Source: Bugula neritina (Eukaryota; Animalia; Bryozoa). Taken from it: a stretch of DNA of 28,434 nucleotides. Under the pieces are notes generated by a model. It was given only the letters and a program-made list of their open reading frames with translations. It ran no database searches and was not told the origin of the DNA. Made by a program: the position numbers and the translations under genes. Shown in pieces: positions 1 through 10,200 of the stretch (the first letter of the stretch is position 1; the number at the start of each line of letters is the position of its first letter). The DNA is taken from contig CAXIUT010000123.1 of assembly GCA_964035545.1 (NCBI GenBank), positions 28,561-56,994 of the forward strand, given 5' to 3'.

Positions 1-94
1 CCCAACCCCAACCCCAACCCCAACCCCAACCCCAACCCCAACCCCAACCCCAACCCCAACCCCAACCCCAACCCCAACCCCAACCCCAACCCCA
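1..94 (+). repeat. Left telomere, (CCCCAA)n
   Basis: Perfect tandem CCCCAA from base 1 to about 94, then an abrupt switch to AT-rich unique sequence. This is the Tetrahymena-type ciliate telomere repeat. Confidence 0.99.
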
Positions 95-103
95 GAATTT
101 ATA

Positions 104-117
104 TATCTTTTAAACTC
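104..117 (+). promoter_or_regulatory. Left subtelomeric motif TATCTTTTAAACTC (candidate telomere-addition/breakage or promoter element)
   Basis: 11/14 identical to the right-end motif, in the same orientation relative to the telomere and at nearly the same distance (11 vs 10 nt from the last CCCC). Function is inferred only. Confidence 0.4.
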
Positions 118-231
118 TAATCAAATAACCTAACAATCATTTCTAATTATTTTATTAATTGCTGCAGTTCAGTTAGTTATTGCCTTTGAACTAGTCAATT
201 ATACTACCTACATAAATTTGATATAAGATTG

Positions 232-1238
232 ATGCAAGAAGAACATCATATCATAGAAAAAGAACAGAACCTCATGATCAACCAAATCAGTCCAGTCAAA
301 CACATCAATGATGCCCAAAATAACTCAATAGAATCTCTAGCCATTCACCCCAACCAATCTTCTTTTGCCACAGGTTCACATGACCATAACATTAAATTGT
401 GGAACCTTTAAACTTTTAAATAAACCATGGTCCTCTCCGATCACAAGTATTTTCGTTTTCATTAAGAGAAGGAGTTTGGTCCCTAGACTACTCCAAAGAT
501 GGAAATCTTCTAGCTTCGGCCAGTCCTGATAAATCAGTTCTCATATGGGATTCCAAGAAATCATCTCCTGGCATTAGAATCAATGGTCATAAAGACAAGG
601 TATATTCTGCTAGATTTAATTAAAGTAGCAAACTATTGGGCACCTGTGGATAACAAGGATAACTCTTTATCTGGGACATTTCTAAAACTAATCAACCTCT
701 TGCCAAAATTAACATCCCTTCCCTCGTCCTCTACGATATCCAATGGTCTGGTAACTAAGACCTATTCTTTACTACCACCCTTGGCTCAAAACTTATAGCT
801 TTTGACTCAAAAACATTCAAACAAGTAGATGAAGATTATGTTACTTAAAATGTTAATGACTCCAAATGTTAGTCCATCGCTGTTAACTATAAGCTTATCA
901 ACAACAGAGTTTTTGTTGGAAGCAGCCGAGGAGTGATCGCTTGGTACGAAATATTTGATGGAAAACTTGTGAAAAGAACATAGTGGGTTTCCCATTTAGA
1001 TTCAGTTCGCACAGTTAGTTATCATCCCTCTCGGAAAATTCTTTTAAGCACAGGAAGAGATGGATCCTCCAAACTATGGAATGCCTCTGTTGATAATGAG
1101 ACTCCAAAGATTTTGGGTAACTTGATTCTTCACAACTAAAACATTCCAGCAGCCGGCTTTATCGGATAATCAATGATAATAACAGGTTCTTGGGATCAGA
1201 AATTGGCTCTCTGGGATGTAAGAGATTTGATAAAGTGA
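232..1238 (+). CDS. WD40-repeat beta-propeller protein (328 aa)
   Basis: With TAR=Glu and one 20-nt GT-AG intron (447-466) the frame is open from ATG232 to TGA1236-1238. WD repeats: FATGSHDHNIKLWNL, LASASPDKSVLIWD, LGTCGEQGELFIWD, LSTGRDGSSKLWN, ITGSWDQKLALWD. Confidence 0.95.
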
Positions 1239-1315
1239 AATATCATTAGTATATCATAATCTTTATTTTCGATTGATAATTGAATCTTGGATGAAGTAAA
1301 TTAATAAATTTAAAG

Positions 1316-2337
1316 ATGAGTGTCGAGAGGGGAAAATCTCAATTGGAGAACATGTTCACCACACAAGAAGCCTTCAGAAGAAATAAACACTATTACGACG
1401 CCGTCAAAATATCAGAAGTAGAAAGGAACAACTAAAAGCTCAGAAGAAAGCCAAAAGCGACCTACCATCATAAACTTAAAGTCGAAGACACATTCCTTAG
1501 TGCAAAACGATAAAGACAAACAAAAGTAGGATAAGACATCTCCAAATTCAAATTTAGAATGTCTTTCTATAGTACACAAGATATAAACCCTGAATATTAG
1601 CACAACTCTCAGCGCTATTAGTAAAAATCTCAAAGTCCCAAAAAGTATATTAACATCTATGCAGTGTAAAAGGAGTTCCACATTAAAAGCTAACTTCGAG
1701 AGAAAGTTTACACAAGTTGAAAAATAAGCCTTGCATCGACGAAAGACAGTTTAATAACTTCTACATCAACTAAAATGATCTTTCCAAAACCCCTCAAATA
1801 GGAAAATATTCTCCCAGAAATCTCAATATCGCCCTCGATCACATGACTGGTATTTATTCATTCATTTCAGACCTTTACTACAACTCTCAAAAAATATATT
1901 AAGACTGCTACTTCGATAATACCACTAATTCCTGCACTTTCCAACTCAAAAAGCAAAATGACGAAAAAGAAAGATACTTTTTTATTCCGCAAAGACCTTA
2001 AAACCTTCCATCAACTCAAATGAAAGCATAAAATGTGGCTAGAAGCTTTAGCCACACCACTAACTTTAAACCAAATAAAATTCTACAGTTTTACAAAATA
2101 AGTGGAAGATAATATCCAGGACATAACGATCAGAGATATCTTAGTCCAAATAAAACAAGTTATCGAGATAAAGATGGAAAACTTACTAAACCTGAAATTA
2201 GTTTCACTGCCCGCAGATATAAAGATGAACTGTTAGTACGAGATCTATAAGAAATAAAAAAAGCAAAAAAACCTTATTTTGGAAGAGATTAAATATGCGA
2301 TTAAAGATATTTCAAACAATAAAAAAAACGCTTTTGA
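1316..2337 (+). CDS. Hypothetical protein (about 326-333 aa)
   Basis: MSVERGKSQLENMF... to TGA2335-2337. A 20-nt intron at 1645-1664 is needed to keep the frame. A possible second intron at 1850-1870 is 21 nt, in-frame and stopless, so it is not proven. No domain recognised. Confidence 0.75.
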
Positions 2338-2431
2338 TAGTTCATCTTAATATATTTAAATTTGGCCTTAAGTATTGTTATACAAGTAGTTCTAAAGACT
2401 CTAAAGATAATTCCAAAAGGATAAATATTAA

Positions 2432-5400
2432 TCAATCTTATTAATCTGCCACTTTCATACGAACGAAGGTATGATAGTCTCGTCCTCTGTGTTCTTGAAG
2501 AGGTTCTTCCAAATGATTATCCGCCAGTTTGCTGATGACTTCAGTCAAAATGCCCATCGTCCATACTCCTTACATAGCTCGCCCATCAGGATACAGAATA
2601 TTCCCGATTCCATGTCTAAATAAAACTAAATTTACTTCAGGTCATTGTCAAAGTTTCCCTCATAGACGCATCCATTGGCATAGCGATACTTCCCACTTCC
2701 CTGTTTCTTATCTCTAGTATAGAATCCACTATATATTTCAGGATTATCTCCTCCAGAGGTCCAAGTCCCTCCATCATTTCTGTTTCCTTCTTTGAATTTT
2801 CCAAGATAAACAGATCCATTGTTCCAGATATACTTGCCCTACCCCTCAAACTTGTCTTTAATGTATTCTCCAAAATAGAGGTCTCCATTATTAAAGTGTT
2901 AAATACCAAAACCATGCTTGTAATTTTCTTTGAAACTTCCTTCATAAATACTTTATTCGTATTATAAATAGCCAAATCCTTCCATTTTATTATTTTTCCA
3001 TCCTCCGCAATAACAACTTTTATTTATACTATCCAAATACTTCCCCTTTCCATGTCTTTAGCCATCAATAAACTATCCCTCATAAATTGTCCCATTGTCT
3101 TATATTAAAATCCCCTTACCATACTTTTTTCCACTTGAAAAACTACCCTGATAAAAATATTTATTCCTTACATACTATATTCCTTCGCCTGACTTCTGGT
3201 TTTGTTCGTTATTCCACTCTCCCAAGTATATCTTTCCATTGAAATTCCAAACTATCTTAAAGAAAGGATTTTCTGGCAGTTAAAACATTATACAGTTTTT
3301 ATATTTTTTCAAAGAACATCCTCCTAACTCATCTGATCTATATGTTTCATCAGAATATGGCAAAATCTATAAAATAAGTTTCATTATTTACTCAGTACTA
3401 CTACTATGAGTCGGACTTTATGGAAAGTTAGGAATTTGAATCTTTTTAAAATCAATTACTTTCTTTAAATCCTTTTTCTTTTCAGATTTTTCAATTAATG
3501 CCAGCATATTTCGACTCACAAACTCTATCCTAGAATGATTCCTTTCAAAGTCTTATGACTGATAAGAAGGTTTAGTAACATTTTTTATGATCATTCCTTC
3601 AAAATTATTAGTATTGGAAGGTGATTCTTGTCCCGTTAGTTCAGGATTAGCCTCTTTATGAGCATTTTGTTAAAGTTTTTTTTTGACTCTACTTTTGTTT
3701 TGTTCTCTTATAATAAACTTTTGAAATTTACGATCATCTGATTCAAACTTATTAAGAACTTTTGAACATATTTAAGTTGATTTTTGTTAATTTTTATAAT
3801 TTTTATTTTTTTAATAAGATAAATAATTGTGATAGTCCTGTTTAAATTGTATCGATTCTTATAATTTTTATTCAGCTATTCTCTAGAGGTTGATATTTTG
3901 GTATTATATCGATTTAGATAAATCAAAAGAACCTCTCAAATAATGACTTCTTTCTATATGACTTGCTTGTACTCTATCATGTGGTTTCGCTTGTACTCTA
4001 TAATGTGGTTTCGCTTGTACTCTATCACGTGGTTTTTCTTTTTCAAATTAAGGTATTTCCATAGTTTAAACTTCTTAAGTCTCACTAAATTCAAGCATTC
4101 TTTAATTTGTCGACTTTCTTTAAGTAATATTTCTCTTAATCCTTCCAAAACAAATCAAACTATTTCCTCTATTTTCTTGATTTGAATATGTATCCGATTG
4201 ACTGTCTTAGCTCAATGCTCCAATAATAGTAGTTTGAACCTTATTCTTCCTTTTAGAAACTTAATTACTATTCTTTCTTAACTTAATAGAGTTATAATTT
4301 TATTCTGATAGGAACTCTTTCTAAGCTTTAGCTTTAACTTTTTCAAGTCTCAGTTCCTTCACTGTCATCCTTAAGACTTTTAGTTCTTCTTCAAGTTTTA
4401 TTTTTTAAAGACTTTATTTAAGTTATTGGTTTGTTTTTGGAGCAAAATTGATATTTAAATCAACTGTATTGGACAGTAATTCCATTGGTTTTACTTTCTT
4501 TCTTCTCGATCGTAGCTTAGAATGATAGTTTTATGATTCAGGAATGACTTTTATATGTTTTTTTTATTATTCCTGAACTTGAGAGAGTTCTATTTGAAAT
4601 GGATTTGAAGGATTCAAAACCCAATGATGAGGATCTTCTTTTTGTTCAACTATTTTCCGAACACTATTATCTACTGCTTCCTCTTCATCGCTGTCCATAT
4701 TGAAAAAAGACTACTTATCACTCTTTTTCTATTCATTCTGAGAAGATACTTCAGCAATAGCCTTTTTATCTTCTGAAATAGGTTTATTTTAAGGAGATAG
4801 ATTTATTTTGACAATACTTTATTTTTTATTATTCACAGGACTAGGCATAACAATACTTTCTTCCTCTTTTAATTTAGCTAAAAATCGTTAATCATTTTTA
4901 TGAGTAGTCTGGATAATCACTTTAGATTGTAAATTGTCCAGATGGATGTTATCAGCTATTTAAGTATACTATGCCTGTTATTTATTCAGCAAAGATTCAT
5001 TGACTTTCTATCCTTTAAGTTCTACTTCTTTACACCTTTTATCTGATTATTATTTTGAACTATTCTTTTATTATTCTTTAGTTCCCTTTGATTTGTTGAG
5101 TAAATGTTAGCTAGCAAGCTTTCTAAATCTGCTACATATTTTTATTTTATCGTTTTTTTGTTTTTACAGTTGGTTACTTGTTACTTGTTTGACCAGACCT
5201 TATCTAACTAGTTCCTGATGTTCAAGTTACTCTTCTATTTGTCTATTTTTATCAATGAATTAATCTTAGTTGTGCTCAGTCTTTTTAAAATCAATCACAA
5301 TCAATTTAGTTTAACTCTGACAACCGTCTTCACTTCTCACCCCATCGAACTTTTATCTGCCATTTGATATCAGCTATTCTTCCTGATTATCCCCTTCTTT

Positions 5401-5583
5401 AGCATTACAATCATGAGAATATTTAGTTATCTTTTATTTTCTAGCATTGTAGCCCTAACTGTTTTTATTTTTAGCTGATCTTGCTTATTAAACCTTGTTT
5501 TATCTATTGGTTCTACTTTAACTCTGAGCTCTACTCTTATTGCTATGTCTAACAGAGACATTCTTTTTATTGTGCTCACTCAT
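2432..5583 (-). CDS. MORN-repeat protein with long low-complexity N-terminus (1043 aa)
   Basis: Open frame from ATG5583 to TGA2434-2432 with a 20-nt intron at 2616-2635. C-terminal tandem MORN repeats: YLGEWNNEQNQKSGEG, YQGSFSSGKKYGKG, YEGEFIDGERHGKG, YEGSFKENYKHGFG, YFGEYIKDKFEGEG, YEGNFDNDLKHGIG. Confidence 0.93.
3965..4036 (-). repeat. Coding 24-bp tandem repeat x3 (KPHDRVQA-like) inside the MORN gene
   Basis: Unit GCTTGTACTCTATCATGTGGTTTC occurs three times with 1-2 substitutions and is in frame. Confidence 0.9.
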
Positions 5584-5653
5584 AGTTATTAATATTATTT
5601 ATTAAGATTAAGTTAAAGATAAGAATGTCGATATTGATAAAATGGATGTATGA

Positions 5654-6028
5654 TCAGTAGTCAAGAGTAGAGCTTGTTAATATTTCTTTCATGCTACCAT
5701 CGATACAAATAAAATACTCCCCCAATTTATTGTTACAATCGTTTTTAGTTTGAGCTCTATCCACACACCTCTTCAAATCCTTAAATGTTTAAAAACATTC
5801 TCGATGTAAACTTTACTTCAGACAAGACAACTTATCATCTTTACGCTTACTATCTTTCTTTAAACACCCATCCAATTCCTAGTAAAATCTACGATGTCTA
5901 CCCCTCCTTAACAACTTCTTCTCATCAAAGCCAAAATAAGATATTTGCTCCTTAAAACTAGCCACTATGCTGTTATACTGATCTATACTAAATAATTTAT
6001 ATTTTAGTTGGTCACCATTCGCATTCAT
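5654..6028 (-). CDS. Small twin-CX9C (CHCH-like) protein, 124 aa
   Basis: Intronless ATG6028 to TGA5656-5654. C-terminal ...CFETFKDLKRC-VDRAQTKND-CNNKLGEYFIC... gives C-X9-C-X9-C-X9-C, with two further Cys upstream. Confidence 0.75.
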
Positions 6029-6072
6029 TGCTAGCTATTCAAATACCTTAATTATTATATCATCATATTTAA

Positions 6073-6160
6073 TTCATTCATTCATTCATTATTCATTATT
6101 CATTATTCATTCATTCATTCATTCATTCATTCATTCATTCATTTATTCATTTATTCATTC
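6073..6160. repeat. Intergenic (ATTC)n/(GAAT)n microsatellite with ATT/ATTT variants
   Basis: About 88 bp of tandem TCAT units, directly visible. Confidence 0.95.
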
Positions 6161-6188
6161 AAAATAAAGGTCAAATACATCTATAAAA

Positions 6189-7196
6189 TCATTTTATCGG
6201 ATCTAGTCTCTTTATTGTTTTCTATGAATTCTTTTTAAAGCCAACTGTCTTACTAGTTTAAATCAACTCCTTTTATTTCCGCTTCTCAAGGTATTTTATG
6301 CTAAGAGTATTATTTTATTTCTTCAGCTGTTCTACTCTCTCCTGCAACTCTTATATCTCTTTTTAATGTTTTCTTCTAGCTATCTTTAAAGAGTTCTAAG
6401 CTACAAGTTTCTTTTCAGTCAGCTCATTTAGACTCTTTTCATTGATTTATAAATTATAAATTTCTAAATGTTTGTTAATTATATCCTTAATTGAAATAGG
6501 CTTCCTTGTCTATCTTTTCTAAATTTGGACCTTATTGGTGCTTTCTTCTCTTCTTTTTTGAATTCTTTTTTCCTTAAACTCTTCAAAAGATAAGGCCTTC
6601 TCTCCATGCTTTTAACACTTCTAGATATATTGTTTTTCCATGTCTTGAATGGCTTGTTTTCTCTTTTAAAGTCCATCTTATTTTTGATGATGCTTAATCT
6701 TTAAAGCTTACAATATTTCTTTTTGTTTTCTTATTTCTTAAACTATTTTAGATAGTTTTGCTCCATCTTCATTCTTTTCTTTCTTTTCTATCATTTTCTC
6801 TTGTTTTCGCCTCACTATATTTAAATTTTTGATATCATCATTAAGCTCTTTAAGATAATTCTATTTTTTCTTGATTTAATTTTACAGTTCTAGAAGATTA
6901 TCAGCTGTAAACTTTGTTTTATTTGCTTTCTTTTGAAGTCCCTTTAACTCATTTTGGTAATTTCTATACATAGTTTTCGCATTTTATAGCTCCTTTTACA
7001 TCTGCTTTTCTGCTTTATCTTGGTCCACTATTGCTTTGCCTGACTCTTGTTCTTTATGTACTTTTTTATCCAATGCCTCTTTGAACTCCTTGATATATGT
7101 TACTAATTTAGTCTCCTAGGATTTAAGTTTATCGATGATTTAATCTTGTTCCTCTATTTTTTTCAACAAACTGGTCTAGTCTTCTTCTACTTGCAT
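6189..7196 (-). CDS. Lys/Glu-rich coiled-coil protein (335 aa)
   Basis: Intronless open frame MQVEEDETSLLKKIEEQDEIIDKLKSEE... to TGA6191-6189. Heptad-like K/E composition. Confidence 0.85.
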
Positions 7197-7228
7197 AAAA
7201 TAAAATAAAATTAACCAATAACAATCAT

Positions 7229-10200
7229 TCAATCACTTGTTATTAAATATTTAGATCTGAATCCTGGTTTAGAAAATCTATCGATTATTTTTCCATCTTT
7301 ACTTCCTATTTTAACTTCTTTATTTTTTTGTAGTTTTGAGATAAATCCTGAAAGAATAAGTTTAGAACTATTCTATTTAAGAGAAGATAATTTTTACTTA
7401 ACTATGTGAAGTAGTGTTGCTTTTTGGTGCTCTTCTATTAGTTTCAACTATCCTAAATATATCAAAAAGTCAATATTACTACTAAGCATCACTATCTAAC
7501 TTGATTTCTAAAGAAAAGATAGTATATATTTAACCAAATCTTCATGGATCTTGCTTAAATATATATTCTTTTATTCATTACTATGGCTATTCAATTGACT
7601 TAGCATCATCTTTGCTCCTCTACAAGTATCAATAGAGTTCTTCTCAAATATATGCTAACTCTGGTATTTATCTATAATTTATTTGTAGTATTTCATTTTT
7701 AATTCTTTTTCTTTGAATTTCTACCAAAAGTCATAAATAAAACTCAAACTATAGTGTCTTTGAATGAGAACATCCATCCACCGAGCGAGAGTATCTTCAC
7801 TGAGGATAACTCCTTCTAAAAGAGCTGTTTTAAACAAAAATAAAAACAATTAAAATTCTTAAGATGATGGAGTAAATCCAAATGTTTAGATCCAATCTTG
7901 AATGTCCTTTCCAAAAACATCTCTGATCTTCTTTGAACCTTTCACTATCAAAATCATTATGTCTAAAATCATTCGATGACATTGAGTTGTAGATGACTAC
8001 AAAATCTTTTCTCCAGAGTAAAGAAGATACTGCTGCTTTACTACAACAGTCTTTCCTTTCTCGAAAGATCTCCCTTTTTTGAATTATTATATCTCCTCCT
8101 AATATTACTCTTTGGATATTTTTATTATTTTTTAAGGGATCTTTTTGGGTTAGCTTTTACATATCTTTTTGAACTCTTCCCATATTCTTAGAAGTACTCC
8201 ATTATTTTCCATTTCTGTTATTGTTAGAGGAGCTCTCAGAAAACTGATTTGAATTATCTGGCAGATAGTTGATATGATTTGAGGATCAAAATTGAAAAGA
8301 AGGTATTAACTAAGATAAGAACATAGTTCGACTTGTGAAGTTTAAGAGTAAATAAAACTTTACTTTATTTCTTATAGACACTAGTAGAAATGAGAAATTT
8401 GTTGACACCCAAAGAGTCGCTACAAAAATGATATTTATCCTATTTATCTAAAAGATAGGGCATCTACTGTATTGATTAATTTAGCTTTTTAAACTAAATT
8501 TTTATATTATTATTTACTCACACTAGCAACTACCTTAAATGAGACTTGAAAACTATTAGAGCATAAATTGTTTGTTTACTTTGCTTTTATTTGAATATTC
8601 AACTAAGATTAACCTCTTAACTGTAAAAAATCACTGATATCTTGTTTCTTTTAGAACAGAATTTTATGAGTTAATTTTTATAATATAAAAGCAGTAATTT
8701 TTATACTATAGTGACTTTATTTTCCCTATTGAATTAATAAAAATTATAATATATTATTATTAAAAATAGTATCCTTTTCATTGACTATTGCTCTAGCTTC
8801 AGTAGTTAAACTTTCTATTACTACTCTACTATCATTTTATACCTAAATTTTATAATAAAGAAAAGTTTATTACTTATTTTTCTTCACTTCCAGACTCATT
8901 CCCGAATTACCTACCAATTAAAGAGTGAGAAAAGCCCACTGTTTCTTCTAAAAAGATACACTACCCAAAGCAAAGATATTATCTTGCCTAACTATGAGAT
9001 TATTGATATATTTGGAAATATTAATGGTGCTATTGGGGATAGGTTGTAACTAAATACCAAAATATCCTTTTTATATTTATGAAATACTAATAGTTCCATA
9101 ACTAATTGGCATCAGCTACATCCAATTTTCAATCAGCCTGCCAGGATTATTCAGATATTTCCGATTGAAATAGTTATCAATCAGCAGATAAATCTCAATT
9201 ACATCTCTACTATTATTATATCCAAATTATAATTCAATTATCTGCTGATCCAAAGGTAAACCATACTAGTCCAAACCAAATGCTAATTTATATTGACTTC
9301 CATGCCGTACCATTACTCCCAACTACTTGGTTAGCACTTAGTCATGCACTGTGTTCTTCAAGTGTAATAGTCTTTTCTGGCTCACAGCCATCAACCTATG
9401 AAGCTGGAGTCGAATAGTCCAGAGCTACTTGCCAAGGTTTATCATTTCCTTCTTTCTTATTTACAAATAACATAAACATTTAGGATTTTGATCGATCATA
9501 AACTTAGATAAGCCCTTTGAATCACCCAAAAACTCAACCTTCTTGTCCTAGAACTCAGGATGATGAAGCTTGATATTCACAACGACCAACTACTCTTCAC
9601 TGTAACAAACAAACTCCTCTGGATGAACCACAGAACCTCCTACCACCATCTTTTTGCCACCTTCCAACTACAACTCTATACTTTTGGTTCTGTCCACCAA
9701 CTCAACAGGAATTGTCACTTTTACCATATATCCTTTTGTCCTCTTCGGAAACACTTCTTTCTGTTGCTAGTTTATATTATAAATAATAGCTTTACTGTTA
9801 TATTTGACATTAATATTCTTCTATGGTGATCCAATGACTTTATAGCAGACCTCTTCAACTATTTTGTCCATTTGTCTCTCGAACTTATAATTCATTTTTA
9901 CTGACATCACAACTATCTCTTCTCCAACCTGAATTGCCCTTTACAGGATCTGGTCTTCACCATAATTATCAAAATTTATCTAAAAAAAACCTATTCTTTC
10001 TTTCAGTTTAAGCCCTTTACTTTATACAATCAAAATAAGTCCATTCAGAGAATCATCAGTTATTATCTAATTTATTTATCCTTTCAAATAATTGCCTTCC
10101 TTTTTTGCAATAGTATTTTCCTATAAATCTTTGATGCCTATATTTTTGGAGTTATTTACTTCAAATTTATCTATTTTGCCTCTAAAATTAACTTATTTCA

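Noticed and set aside
2432-2446. Context-dependent UAR termination near 3' ends (GAT TAA TAA GAT TGA), as in Condylostoma-type codes
   Set aside because: Every intact gene has an in-frame TGA at a sensible end and no internal sense TGA was needed. UAR codons near ends are explained by their high overall frequency. This is not formally excluded without ribosome profiling.
3148-3171. Possible 24-nt intron GTAAGG...TATCAG in the MORN gene
   Set aside because: It is in-frame and encodes VRNKYFYQ, which supplies the Y-x-G of the next MORN repeat.
8870-9573. Long TGA-poor frames on the plus strand opposite the C2 gene
   Set aside because: With a single stop codon, long antisense frames are expected. 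The minus-strand frame is continuous for over 2000 codons and has recognisable motifs.
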